From: Octopus sinensis
Lineage: Eukaryota
Direction of reading: 5' to 3'
Length of the DNA: 64,000 nucleotides
Assembly: GCF_006345805.1 (NCBI RefSeq)
Contig: NC_042997.1
Coordinates: 78,120,001 to 78,184,000, forward strand
This document shows positions 1 to 14,188 of this stretch, piece after piece. Each line of letters starts with the position of its first letter. Position 1 is the stretch's first letter. The position numbers were made by a program, and so were the translations under genes. The notes below the pieces were generated by a model. It saw nothing but the letters and a program-made list of their open reading frames with translations, was not told where the DNA came from and ran no database searches.

Positions 1-48
1 CCACCACCACCACCACCACCACCACCACCACTACCATCACCACCACCA
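1..48. repeat. (CAC)n microsatellite
   Basis: Direct inspection; the tract runs off the window start. Confidence 0.9.
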
Positions 49-129
49 ATATCAACACCATTAACGAAAAGGACAACAAAGAAAACGAAACGCAAATATT
101 CTGAGTGTATGTTGGAGAAATGTGATACT

Positions 130-1000
130 AAATAATCCTAGAACTGTCCAGGAAGAAGCTAAGTTGTGGACAGTTCTATGTAAAACAAGTGGAGCCAAGT
201 GTAGAAGATCAAAACATATGTAGCCAGTGGGGAAAATATAAGGCTATCGAATTGAGGTTCGCCTCAGAGGTGGAGGCCAAAATCACTCAACAGCCACTCT
301 CACGAGTGACGAACTCATCATTATCCTCATCTATCTAGGTCGAAGAGTGTTAAAAGTAAGAATACTTCACGTACCACCTGAAATAAACATCTGGTGGTTG
401 GTGGCTGCGATCCTCTTTGATATAAAAGAGAAAACCACTATTCTGCGAATATAAAGAATACAGACGCAGAAGTGGTTATAACAGGGAATGTAGCTACTAA
501 TACAGGCAGAACAGCAAAGCATCGATACAATCCCGGACTTTGTAAAGCTACCAGATGGCACAAAGCTTCATGCGGCTGTTGAGGGTTGAAAGCCAAGATG
601 TCACCTGTACAAGGACACAAATCACATCAAAGCTTTCTGCCCACAACAAAAGACAAAAGTGAACCCCTCCCGCCCCGTTATAGTCGACATCACCACCACC
701 ACAACAACACCAACAGCACCAGCAGAATCAGGTGACCTGCAAAAATAAAACAGTAATAGTAATAGTAGTAGCAGCAGTACTGACAGGAGTAACAGCAGTA
801 ACAACAAGAATAACAGTGGAAGCAACGGCATCAAACACAATAGAGAACTCACGAACATTGACAGCAGCAAAACAACAGTATCAGAATACCCCAAAACAAC
901 AACTTTATCAACAGAAAAACAGCAACAAGTTCCCCTGTTCGAAGCAATCAGACATGTCCTGTAGTGAGGGGGAAGATGAAGAGCCGAAATGACAAAAGGT
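130..1000 (+). mobile_element. Decayed ORF1-like (gag-like) region of an L1/Tx1-type LINE with a degenerate CCHC zinc knuckle
   Basis: Manual translation near 525-645 gives DTIPDFVKLPDGTKLHAAVEG*KPRCHLYKDTNHIKAFCP, matching C-x2-[C>Y]-x4-H-x4-C. It lies upstream of an APE-RT ORF2 on the same strand. Confidence 0.5.
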
Positions 1001-1639
1001 CAATAGATCAAACAAAAGAAAAGAAAACAAAGTAACACTGATATCAATTCAAAAAATTAGCAGATATGACCAGAGCGGGAGGCACCATCCAAAACAAATT
1101 CACAAATACCTCCCCAAACAGCAGCTACACCAGTATCATCAGCACCATTCCCATCACTACCATTATCACCGCCACTATCACAGATACCATCATCACAAGC
1201 ACAATCCAGTTCACACATACAGCTTTCAGATCGCATTGCAACAATGAAACATTTTCAACTACACAGCAATAAACACGAATAAAGAACTAATGCATCACAT
1301 CACTAATGCATAGAGATATCACACACACCGACTTTATCACCCCAAGAAACAACACCAACACACATGAATGACACGAATAAAAGACTATATAAAGAACTGC
1401 TAGTAGAAGCATCTTCATATACCTATGAGACCGGAACATCCATTCCCTCCTCGCCATCTAAATCACTGTAAGTAGCCTATTCCGCTTCTATACCTTAATT
1501 TAACATGGCCTTGCTCAGAGTTAGGCAGTATAAATGCACGTTGCCTTGGGTTGCCTTGGAAACAAGGACATCTACTCAACTTCCCCAGGTCATTAAGTGT
1601 CGATGTAGTGGCCATCAGCGAAACCACCCTTTCCTGCCA

Positions 1640-3033
1640 ACAAGCTTTTATGCCCATTTTCGGTGCATACGAGATCTAGTTATCTCCATGTCAACTGGGA
1701 ATGGTAGGTGAAACCGCGGTGTTGTTCTAGAGATGCCCGAATCTCAATATAAGGCTATCTTCCTGGATTCAAAAGTTAAGCTGGTGGTCTTGGATATGAA
1801 CAGTAGTGATGTGGGCTCCCTCAGACTGGTGGCTGTTTATGCTCCGACAGGAACAGGACAGCCAGATTTCTTCAGATTTCTGGAGGTTTTCCCAGGAACA
1901 TCCCGACCTCTAGTGTTAGTGGGCGACTGCAACGCCGTCTTAGAACTACGTTTGGACTGTGTGGGGCTAGTAGATAGAAAGTGTGGTAAAAACCTCACAA
2001 ATCTTTTCAGATATTTCCAACTGTCTAACAGGCACCGACTAGATTTCCTGGATGTGCCAATGTAGACGTGGAAGAAGTGCATCGGATTATCAAGGTAGTA
2101 TCTAGACAGGGTATTCTGTAGGCCAGTAGATAAGGATAGTATAACTTGTACGCTTTTCAAACTGGTCGGGTACACAGACCACAAATGTTTGATTTGTAAG
2201 GTCTATCTATTTAGGCTTCGAAAGCAGGTAACCTGTTACTGGAATCTGAACGCGTTATTTCCGGCGTGCCAAGCTTACAGAGACCGGATTAGAGAATTAG
2301 TTTAGCGGGTGCTAAAGCATTAGTGATAGAAAGAAATAAAATAGAAGGGAACTTCGTTAGAAACCTAGAAGAGGTGCTTAGGAAAGGCATTGCAACTGGC
2401 GTGTTGGCCGTGCGATTGACACTGAACCAATTTTTCAATGTTAAACACGAAGATTGTATCGTCATAGCTAAGGCGTGAGCTCTAAGACAAGAGGGAACGA
2501 AAGCTGTTCGATGGCGCAAAGTGGCAACAAAGCCACGATTCAGTCTTTAATGAACCAAATGGGCGCATGGTACTCGAGCCTGAGCAGATGTGCACCTCAT
2601 TTCAGCAGCACTTAACCCAACTCTTTGGGACGAATGGCAGCCTGGGACGCAGGATAGACTTCAGTACATACCTCGATGGCATGCCACGACTCTCAGAAAT
2701 GGGGCCGAAATTTTGTGAAATGCCAATAATAGCCGCTGAAATACGGGATGCGATGACGAGTTTCACGGGGAGCAAATCGCCTGGTTTTGATGGTTACCAT
2801 AAGAGCTTTACTTTTTATATGCCAGATATGTTCGGCAACCTTTTTTGGCAGATATCTACCGCAACATGCAGCAGAACGGAGGAATTCCTAATTTTGTTAG
2901 TCGAGGAGCAATAACACTGCTAAGAAAGGACCCATACAAGCGGTACCAAATAGAAAATTTTGGGTCCATAACACTGCTGAACGCTGACTTCAAAATTTTA
3001 GCCAAGGTGTTAGCAAAGAGGCTGGTACTTGTA
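1640..3033 (+). mobile_element. L1/Tx1-like LINE ORF2, 5' part (APE endonuclease and start of RT), frameshifted
   Basis: ORF fragments VYAPTG, LVLVGDCNAVL (GDFN-like), KSPGFDG and SITLLNADFKILAKVLAKRL. Confidence 0.85.
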
Positions 3034-3199
3034 GAAGAACTGACATATATTGACATATGCAGACGAGGACGTAGTGTCGAACAGCAGACACAGAGACCTG
3101 GTGGGCACTGCTCTAAAAGAATACGTGGCGGTGAAAGGAGCAAAAATCAACCAAGAAAATCTAGTAGGCCTGCAGCTTGGCATCTAGGGAGGCAGGTCC

Positions 3200-4320
3200 A
3201 TGTCATCCAATAACGTTGTGGGACGCTGGATGGAAGTACCGGTTAAATTGAAAAGGGTCTGGTTTAATCCCAATCTCCAGGTGCAGAAGTACTGAGACAA
3301 GGTCATGGAGCAGGGTGGCTAATCTCACCCAGAAATGGGTCGAGAGAAAGCAATCTCTGAAAAGTCGGGCAGAGGTGGAGAACGCATACATTGCCTCCGT
3401 CATATATTATCACCTGACCGTCGTGCCTTGCCCCAGTTTACGTCTGACCAAACTGGAGCCCGTACTCTTTCGTTATCTGTGGAAAAGAGGCTTTTCACTG
3501 GTCAGGTATTTCATTAGATGTCAACAGTCACTGAGCATTCTGTGTCTACTGATGAGAGACATGCGCTGAGGCTGCGATATTTCCAGTGCTTTCTAGACGG
3601 TGAGCAAGTGTGGTTGCTGTTTGTCAGACACGATTTTCCAGTTCAGCTCAAGCGTCAAATGTAGACCGATGCATGATGCCTGGCACCTAGAATGTCGTCA
3701 GGAGCGCACAATCTTCTATCAACCGGACAATGCGGTCTTTGGAAGTTATACTTAGGTGTTCTGTAGAGGGTTAGTGGTAGGCAAGTGCGAAGACGTACTT
3801 GGGGAGACTCTGGGCGTCGATGAGAATGAACTGGCTGGTATGTTCAGGGGACTTTCGGGCCAGGGCCCATGGATAGCATTGCCGGATCGTAATAAATTCT
3901 GGAGGCATCGAAGTGAAGTCATACAGGCTTGCCAAAGGTATGCGCAGAGCGACGAGTGTTGCTGACTTGTGGTTTTATGTCGAACACCTGCTGTCGCGTG
4001 CAGAACGGATCCGGCTATCAGCTAACTCCATCGTGAAAAATTATTCCGTTGCCTTCCTTTGGACGTGAAGGACAGGCAGTGTTTCTTTGTCTGATGGTCT
4101 TAGCGAAAGAAATTGTGTGGTGGATCAGACTGAAAAGACTGAAGATAGACGCTTTCCTCTTTGGCCAAGCCCTCGTCAATTTTTTCAAGTTTCACTTGAA
4201 AAAGAAAGTGAAGGTAGAGAGGGAAGTGCTGCCTCCCTGCAATTTTGTTAATAGTCGGGTGAATCTAGTGCGAATGGCCCGACTGAAAGAACCTGCTCTA
4301 AGTGGGTACCTCTAGATCGA
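3200..4320 (+). mobile_element. 3' fragment of a second L1/Tx1-like copy, nested inside the first
   Basis: AEVENAYIASVIYYHLTVVPCP duplicates the region at 5117-5368 (ANAHIASVIYYRLTVVPFP); LMVLAKEIVWWIRLK C-terminal segment. Confidence 0.75.
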
Positions 4321-4473
4321 GGGTAGATAAAGTGGAGAGGGCACTTTCCCTAGAAGTCAGGGCGATCGTTCGTAATAACTTGTACATTACCAGGTTTATA
4401 AAATACTTTACCAGGTTTATAATCTTAAGAATATTATTTCTCTCGCTCGCATTTTCCCATGTAATTCATGTAA

Positions 4474-5870
4474 TCCAGGCTATCCATGACAACCTCCACC
4501 TCATGCGATACATCATTGAGAAAGTGATGCTCTGATCAATTTAGATCAGTCTAAAGCTTTCGATAGGGTCAAACATCTATACCTAGCAGCTGGTTTCGGG
4601 CCTGTATTCAAGGGCTGGATCGGTGCAATGCACAACGACATCTGTTCAGTGGTCAGAGTGAACGGTCACCTCTCAAAACCGTTCAACATCATACGCTCGG
4701 TCCAGCAAGGTTGCTCACAATGATCACTCTTGTACGCACAGACTCTCGAACCACTACTAAACAAGCTGGAGATGTTGAGAGGTATACCGCGTGACCAAGG
4801 TTGAGGGAAATGCGTGTCGGCATATGCCGACGACATCACCGTAGTGGTATCGGATCATAAACATATGAAAATAATCGGCACCGCTCCCAGGGACTATGAG
4901 GCGGTTTCAGGAGCGACGATTAACCAGGAAAAGTCAGTGGACTTGCGGCTCGGCACCTGGAGAAGAAATTCCATGCCGTGCAACCGCGTCGTTGGTCGCT
5001 GGACAGATGGACCGGTTAAATTGCTCGGGGTCTGGTTTGGTTGGGAAATCTAGATAGACAAAAACTGGGACGAGGTAACGTCCGAGAGGAAGCTATCCCT
5101 GGTAGATCGGGAAGAGGTGGCTAACGCACACATCGCGTCTGTCATCTACTATCGCTTGACCGTCGTGCCTTTTCCCGGACACTGGCTGATTACGTTGAAG
5201 CGTATACTCTTCCGCTTCTTGTGGAAGGAACGCGTCCTGGTAGTCAGGCGGTCTATCTGCTCTCAACACCCGCTGCGTGTTGGCCTGAGTATGCCGTGGT
5301 TCACGATGTGCAGACATGCGCTGAGTCTACGACATCTCCAATGCTTCCTTGAGAGTGAACAGCTGTAGTCGCCGTTCGCCAGACGCGTATTTCCTCAGCT
5401 AGTTTCTTTAACGGAACTGCTGTCCTGGGACATTTGGAAAGTGGAATGTCTTCAAGCGCTCACAGCTCTCATCCAGTTGGACTCTGCGATAGGAAAAACG
5501 TCCACTTAAGCTCTTTATAAAGGATTAGTGGAGGGAAGGTGCGACTACGTTTTTGGGATACCTTGGGCATCGAAGAAGATCAGCTAGGCGCTCTTTTCTA
5601 GAGAATTTTCGAGCCGGAACCAATAGATAATTTCCAAAAATCTCTGGCCTGGCAATGGTACCAGGGAGCTTTGCCTATATGAGGTAAACTTTACAGGCGC
5701 GGAAGTGCCGTCAGACGAGCATGTCCGAGATGCGCGAAGGACGAAGGGACGGTCCTGCATGCACTCGACCAGTGTCCGAGCATTGCTGACCTGTGGATTT
5801 ATGTTGAGCACCTGCTGTCGCGTGTAGGACAGATTAACTGAATCCATCGTGAAGATGGCCTTTATGTTGC
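4474..5870 (+). mobile_element. L1/Tx1-like LINE ORF2, 3' part (RT core and C-terminus), decayed
   Basis: IHDNLHLMRYIIEK, LDQSKAFDRV, VRVNGHLSKPFNI..SVQQGC and SAYADDITV (YADD catalytic motif). Confidence 0.85.
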
Positions 5871-6789
5871 ATTTTACCAAATCTATTTTATTCTATTTAT
5901 CTACTCATGCCATTTATCTTTACTAGAGGATTTATTTTTTGGTTTTGGCCGGTGCTTTTATTTTCCTATCTTATTATTCACGTTACTTTGACACCTGACG
6001 CATGGTACACCGTGCACCTGTTCAGGCAACATTGATTTGATGGAGGGAGTGAGCTAGTGTACAGCACATACATTTGATGACTATAAGCAAATCACTTATG
6101 CAAGCCGTTCGGCAAAAGCTGGACACTAATACGTCGTCTTCGACAGGAGACTAATATTGAAAGGTAATATTTATTCCCACTTAAAGTAGATGTTCTGATA
6201 GGACAAATAATACTGCGGTAGTTACCACGAAACACACTCTCATATTGGCTTTCAGTGCAAAACGCACTCCTGTTCATATCACTAGCGGGAAAATTAATCC
6301 CCGCTAACGCCATCGCCGAGAATGCCAGGTCACGTAATTTCGACCTTCTCTGGCCTTGTCAGTGATGGACGCCCGGACTTTAGGGATAGCAACGATGTAT
6401 TTTTGCCAACAATATATAGAATCACAGTGTCATAACAGGTGTCGCGATTAGCCATTTACTGTAAGCTCGTTTAAATTTTCAGTAGGTCAATGGACCGATT
6501 GAGAAAACAGTGCCATGACTGCAGCTGTAATGCATAGCAGAAACAGCTTTAAGTAAAGATTGCACTAATAAGTAAATATGTAAAAATCATCTTTTATGTC
6601 TTTTCGTGTATATTACTCTTTGAAAAAGACCACTTTAACTAGGAAATGGACTTCAACCTCAGATTTTGCCATGGGAATACCTTTACTAATCTGAATACAT
6701 TTCGTTAATCCGGCGTATGTGTATAAACAGAAAGCTTGTAAAGTATTTTGTCCGGATTATAAATCCTTTATCAATGACTCTTTATCCTG

Positions 6790-7275
6790 GTATATACATA
6801 TACACGCATACATACATACATGCATACATACATACATACATACATATATACATACATACATACATACATACATACATACATACATACATACATGCATGCA
6901 TGCATACATACATACATACATATATATATAAAGTTGAAATTTATAGAAAAACAAAAGGCAAAGACAGGTATATAAATATGTGTGTGTGTGTTTATATATG
7001 TATATATTTATATACACATACATACATACGTACATACATACATACATACACATATACATACATATATACGTACATACATATATAAATACATACATATATA
7101 CATATATATATATAGTTGAAATTTATAGAAAAACAAAAGGCAAAGACAGGTATATATATATGTGTGTGTGTGTGTATATATTTATATACACACACATACA
7201 TACACACATACATATATACACACATATATACACAAATACACATATACGTACATGTATACATACATACACACATGT
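6790..7275. repeat. (TACA)n/(TA)n microsatellite block containing a ~182-bp direct duplication
   Basis: AGTTGAAATTTATAGAAAAACAAAAGGCAAAGACAGGTATAT occurs at ~6932 and ~7114. Confidence 0.85.
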
Positions 7276-7284
7276 ATGTCAGTT

Positions 7285-7475
7285 CGTGTCCCACCACCCC
7301 TTAACAATCGGTGTCGGTGTGTTTGGGACCCCGTAACCTAGCTGTTTGGCAAAAGAAATGTATAGAATAAGTGCCAGCCTTAAAAAAGTACTGGGATCGA
7401 TTCGTTCGGCTAAATTTTTTCAAGGCACTGTCCCAACATGGCTGCGATCTAATGACTGAAACAAGTAAAAGTTAA
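7285..7475 (+). mobile_element. 3' part of the abundant tRNA-derived SINE family
   Basis: Shares GGTGTGTTT..CCCCGTAAC.TAGC..TTGGCAAAAGA and GACTGAAACAAGTAAAAG with the fuller copy at 40671-41073. Confidence 0.75.
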
Positions 7476-7767
7476 TAATTGGAGAATCTGTAGAAAATGT
7501 TTGTGCATGGAATGAGATTCTTATAAAAAGTAAGCGTTTTTTTTTTGATAAATTATAATGTTTATTCTAAATTCAAACTAAAATTTAAGTTCTTGACAGA
7601 CGTATATTATTAGAAATATTTCCCACACGTTCACAGTCTATCTCTGGTCTGTTAAATCTATGTTATTTCATGATTGCTTTGAAATCTGCAAAAATAATCT
7701 TTATTGCTGATTTAATTTACGCAATTGTTAGAGGGCATACATTGTATTATCAGATGTTCATAGCAAC

Positions 7768-7901
<134 letters not shown>

Positions 7902-8199
7902 CGCCGCTGCTGTAGTCGAATAATATATTTGATATTCAGGAATTTAAATATAATCTTTTTTCCTATGGTAACTGTTGCATTTATAAGACTTGCTTTTACT
8001 CCAAGAAATTAATTTGCTACAGATGGATTGCTCATATATTTTCTGTCTGAAAATCAATAATTCATACCTCTTTCAGCTCGTTTATTTTCTTCGAACTTTA
8101 TATATGTTTTAGTTTTAGAGTGTACGGGTCAGTACACACGCACACGCGCACGCACGCACACAAATACACAAAGGCACTCATACACGTATTTGCCCTTTC

Positions 8200-8204
8200 A
8201 CTTC

Positions 8205-8249
<45 letters not shown>

Positions 8250-8511
8250 GATAGATAGATGCACAAGCACATGTGTTTCTGTGCGTATATGTCTTTCTGA
8301 ACATATAAATGCCCACACACACTTGCATATACACAAATACGTACATATGTACGTACGTATGTGTGTATGTATGTATGTATGTATGTATGTATGTATATAT
8401 ATATATATATATAAACACACACACACATATATATATATATAAACATATATATATATATTATATATATATAAACATATATATACATATATATATATATTAT
8501 ATATATTTATA

Positions 8512-8569
<58 letters not shown>

Positions 8570-8970
8570 TATATACCTCATTGAATACGCCAGATAATTT
8601 ATTGCAAACGTGACTTCAGTGAATAGATTGTCTTGGAGGTAATTTTTAATAATAGTAATCAGAATACTTACCTAAGGCTTAATAGGCGCTATCACCTGTA
8701 ATTTAAATATTCACTTTAATGCATACTTCCTCTTCTGTTCATGAATATCTTCAATTGAAACGTCATTCTTGGCGTTTTATTCAGTGTAATATTAATCTCA
8801 TCAGAGAATTCCCTTCGTGACAGCGACAGAAATAACATCCCCACCATAGACACATGTACACTCATCACACGCAGCCATAGAAACATATATTGTAATACAC
8901 ACTTGCATATATTTATACATGCATAAAGGCACACTACATATACATACACACGCATATTTATGTATGTGTG

Positions 8971-9046
<76 letters not shown>

Positions 9047-9334
9047 TATATATACATTATAGGTAAATCCAATAGTTAATTAACGTTTCTAGGTCTCCCT
9101 CTACAGCTCCATCTTCTGAACATACAAATGCTATTACTTTAAACTAAACACTTAAAATATAAAAGATCCAAAGTCCAAATTAAACTTGAACATAGTTTTT
9201 ACAATAAACTATCTATCTGTCTGTGTGGATATCTATCCACAATTTTATATATTTATCTATCTGATGTATATGTATGTATACATATATATTCATGAATATA
9301 AAGATAATTATATGGTTATAATTACAGACATATA

Positions 9335-9382
<48 letters not shown>

Positions 9383-9414
9383 CATATTATATATATATTA
9401 TATATATTATATAT

Positions 9415-9456
<42 letters not shown>

Positions 9457-9500
9457 ATATGTGTGTGTGTGTACGTGTGTGTGTGTTTGTGTGCATTTAT
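8200..9500. repeat. Cluster of (CTAT)n, (TA)n, (TATG)n and (TG)n microsatellites with short unique spacers
   Basis: Direct inspection; the ORFs called here are low-complexity translations. Confidence 0.9.
8672..8695 (-). CDS. Possible 24-nt terminal coding micro-exon (VIAPIKP*) of the unidentified minus-strand gene
   Basis: The minus strand reads ttacag|GTGATAGCGCCTATTAAGCCTTAG|gtaagt, with a consensus donor. Phase 0 is compatible with the 14189-14458 exon. The polypyrimidine tract is weak, so this could be chance. Confidence 0.25.
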   Translation of the reverse strand: MIAPIKP

Positions 9501-11009
9501 TATTTTTGAAGAAGAATATTATTGACAGTGTCTTCAAGGTTTCGGCCAGTTAAGCCATCGATAATTTTAGGAAGAAGCATATAAATATCTTTAAACAACT
9601 CTGCCCAAGTGTGTTACAAACAACTTAAGCAGAGTTTGTTCCTAGGCCTTAAGACAGACACACACTACCGCCACAGAAAGTATAAATAGGAATATGTATA
9701 TATCAATAGCAAGTCCAAGTATTCACAACTTTAGTTAGAAATCTAGTGGCAATTATCAGCAGAAGATGCTGTAATCTATGCGCAGCCAGAGATGTCTTAA
9801 AACGGCGGCACGCCATTACAGCTTGACACTATCGAAAAATGGTTTCATTGAAAACTTATCTGGTACACTCCTCTTTTTATCTAAGGGTCTGAACTAGCTA
9901 GAAGTTTCCTGATCCTAATTAGTTTTTTTTTTCAGATTTAATGCTCATAACGTAAAGATTAGTTATTCAGTCTTAGATAATGTCGTTTCAAACATTACTC
10001 GATGCAAGAAGAACGAACACGCATTCAATTAATCTTCAGCGCAAACCATAAAATGTCACTAGCAAAGGCCAAGCAACTATTCATTGAGAGGAACCTGCCC
10101 TAGAAAGGCTCTGGTCTATAGAGCTCCCCACAGTATCTGAGAGCACCATTAAGCCTTGCACAAGCGTAAGGTCAATACTTTCAAAGGAAGATTTAGGCAA
10201 TACAAATCTATTCAGGTGTAGTGAAGACTCTACCTCCACGCCACACTTCTGTAATCTTCGGAATCAAAGAAACAAGTTACCGAACATAATGTGGAGAAAT
10301 TTTGACAAAGACGCTCCTTACCCACCTGGAGTTCGCCTGTGTATGCTTCTACAGAATGCCATATGCATCAGCAAAAAACTAATCTAACCTTATGTTGTCA
10401 CCGAAGACATAACCTCTTAACTTCAAGCCACTAGCCGCTGATAACACAGAAAGACCACCTAAGACCTAACTAGCCCATGCGCAGTTTTGTTGTACACAAT
10501 CCCTCTTCCACTACAGTGTGATTATTCAGTGTCCTACTTTCACTCATTGACACATAAACTGACGCTTTCAGATCCGTTATCTTACCTCGTGAAATATCAG
10601 CATCTAATATCGTTGAATTCTCAAACTCTACAGGTTATTGATTATCTGACGTCAACATATCGTCTGTCTACCACGCGGCAATATATATATAGAGTTGTAA
10701 TTGTTTTACCAAAGAAACTTTAGGTAACACGGATTTAAGTCAACCTTTATTAACAACAAAACTCGAGATAAATGCGTTAAGTGCTATTTTCTTTCCTCTG
10801 TACGCCTACATGTACGCGCACATATATACAAACGTACACACACACATGCACATACACACACAAATAAAGTATTTTCCATCACACAAACTGATTACATATA
10901 ATATAAAAATGCATACACGTCATGCCACGTACACATATAAGTATTTATGTTGATATAATATGTATGTATGTGTGTGTGTATGTATGTATGTTTGTATGTC
11001 ATTGTTCAG

Positions 11010-11525
11010 TTTCATTTCAAAATTTCTTGCCAATAGAGAAAGAACCGGTTTCTAACCTAGATTCAAGGCTCCTTCATTGAAATTTCAACATTAGCAACAG
11101 AGTATTGTTGTTTGTATTTATGTATGTATACGTGCAGTTTTGTATGTTTCGCTTTATGTATATATTATCATGCATATAGTTGCATTTCTAGACATATTCA
11201 TATATATTTAAATGATAAATTTCTTGAAAGGTTTACAGATTTTTACAGTTCCGGTGATGGATTGGATCTGTAGTCTTCGAATCAACTTTCTCCTTTCTGG
11301 TTTTGGTATAAACCTGAACTTGTAATCTGGATAGAGTACCTGCAAATTCTTAATAGTTCAACGTAGGTTTTCTCTTTTTCCCTGATCTTCAGCTTTATGT
11401 TAACATCCGCTGGGCAGCCAATTTCCACAAATGTGCACAGCTTCTCTTCTCTATCTCAAATCATTATATCAGGCCTGTTGAGCTTACATTTTATTGAGGT
11501 ATTCAATTGGACATTCCACCAGCAC
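11010..11525 (-). mobile_element. 3' end of an R4/Dong-type LINE (restriction-like endonuclease domain and 3' UTR)
   Basis: The minus strand translates WWNVQ..RPDIMI*DREEKLCTFVEIGCPADVNIK, followed by a UTR and a (TACA)n tail. Confidence 0.7.
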
Positions 11526-11558
11526 ACCTTTTTATTATGAGTGGCTATGGCTTCTACC

Positions 11559-11589
<31 letters not shown>

Positions 11590-13069
11590 TGTATGTATGT
11601 ATGTATGTATGTATGTATGCACGTATCTATGTATATGTTTATGATTGTGTGTGTGCGTGCGTACATATTTATGCTGATATATGTATTTATGCGCATATGC
11701 CTGTTTGCATCATATATAGTAGAATGTGTATGAATATACATGTGTATTATTTAAATACTTTTCATAAAGTAGATATGAAAACATGTTCTAAATACTGAAA
11801 GTAAATATCAATATCTTACACGTGTGTAGGCCTCAAATTTATAGTATTCCGAAAATAAATTTTTGTAACGTGCATGAACCTGTGAAGAAAATTGCCGAAC
11901 GAAGTAAATAGAAATAGCTACAAGCTGGAATAGAAATCGTATTGTAGACCAACCTTGCTGGGAGCTTACGTTTATTTTATGTAGGTTACCATGTGAATGC
12001 AGAAACTTGATTTCTGTTTTTTAGAGACGAATTTTACTTTGTCTGACAGAATGAGAATATGTGATGGTGACGGCTTCATCATGACAACGTGATGTGAGTA
12101 AATTGATGAAGTTTTGGGGGGTTAGTTCATATCTACGACACTTTTCTCTACACGAATTTTTATTCTTCTCAGTTTTTACACTCCCAATAGAATATTCACC
12201 ATTAACATCTATGAATTTCAAGTTATCCTGTCCTTTGCAATACTTTGTCAAGAGATTAGGACCACCTGTTCATCGGTAGGACTGCAACTCCTTCTAGGTG
12301 AGTGGGGTTAATCATTTTCGTGTTTTGAGATCAGACGGTATTCCAGCATTTTTTGAAGCTGTACCTCAGATGTCATCAAACTCTGGCAGAAATGTTCCTT
12401 TGTTCGAGACAGACATAGATGAGTTTGATTCCGTTAATTCTCTGAGTGCATGAAAGGTTTTTCCTTTTGAAGCATAGCTGCTCACCCTATGCTGACACTT
12501 TACTACGTCCACATAGGAACCGTGTGGGCCATCTTTCGTATCTCTAGAACGAAGTCCCGCACATGCACGAGAAGAGCAAATGAATGGATGTAGAATATTG
12601 ATTTGTTATATGGGATTAAAATCTTTGGAGTTTCTAGACGAATGAAAGCAGCCATTATATTTATACCCTTTAATTATCCATCTAACAGGTTGGTAATTAT
12701 TCTTTGTTTATTAGTTTCTGTAGTACTCGTGTACTTTCAGGTCGAATCAGGAAAAACGACAATTTTTACTCCGGTTTTCGGTTCAATTTTATGAATAAGA
12801 ATTATTCTTATTTCTTTTTGATTTTAAAATATTATGTAGAATATATATCGCAAGCATACATTCAGAATCGTAACCCAAGTAGAGTCGTGATTGAAAGTGT
12901 TGTATGACTAAACTTCACAGTGTTTCCAGAGATTCTGGCAATGAATTCTAGGAAACTAAATTGTTTTGGAAATTGCTGTTTTTACTATGGACCTGCTTAT
13001 ATCAATTCTGTCACTTACGAATCTGTCAATTTATATAGAAATTCAGTCATACATACATACATACATACA

Positions 13070-13103
<34 letters not shown>

Positions 13104-14188
13104 CACACATACACACATACATACATACATACACACATACACACATACATACATACATACATACATACATAGATACATACATACATACATATATAGACAT
13201 GTACATATATGCACGAACACATACATGCTTAACGTTCTACTGATCTGAGTCTCTATTGTAAATTGAACTTATAAAATATACTGAACATTCGTAACCAACT
13301 GTCTTTTAATACACATGAAACCTCAGTAAAGAACTGGTCCACCTGAGCCCTCTTTTTATGACTACGAAAAGAATGCATAAGAAAACAATTCTTTACGACC
13401 GACCAATGTGTTTAGTTTTTAATCTATAGAAACAATGTTGACTGGACTCTACAGATTTATTCCGAAGGATATTATAGCATAAAATATTAAAACTAATAAA
13501 ATTTAAGCGCGCGCGTGCACACACACACATACGCAATCTCTCTCTCTCTCATGCACACACACACACACACATACACACACACGTAAGATAAGCTAAACTG
13601 AAGAGACCCTTGAAAATAAAACCAAGGTACGTTTGAAATAAATAAGATGTGGTACTTTCTCTGGACGTAATAACATTGCAAGCAATCAAATATCCATAGT
13701 ACTATACGGATAGATGATACTTTCTACAGCAGAACCGCAATTAAACAATATGTTATATGATATTTCAAATAGTTTTTCTTTCTAGCTATTACAATATTGC
13801 TAAAAAAAACCTCTGATTGTTCACTTGTGTTGAGTTCATTGTGATCAATGTGGACAAAAATATATTTTGCCTATAATTGCACACGCACGCGCGCGCACAC
13901 AAAGGCACACACACTCACACACACATACACACACACACACACACAACACGAAATTATAAGTGTTTAAATAGCAATTTGGTTTGCAATTTAACCCTTTGCA
14001 ACCTCACATGTACAGAGTTAGAGTAAAAAAAGCTAAAGGTGGTTTTTTGTCGAGAATGTTTGGAGTTTCCATTTGACAGTTCATATTACCTGAATAGATT
14101 GATAAAGCAGCGACATCTATAGTCTAAATTTCACCAACTGTACACTGGGACAATCTTGTTTCTCAAAAACTGTTGTTTTTAGACTCAC

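Noticed and set aside
12021-12660. Additional host exons on the minus strand
   Set aside because: There are open stretches of 50-75 codons, but no convincing acceptor/donor pair or recognisable motif.
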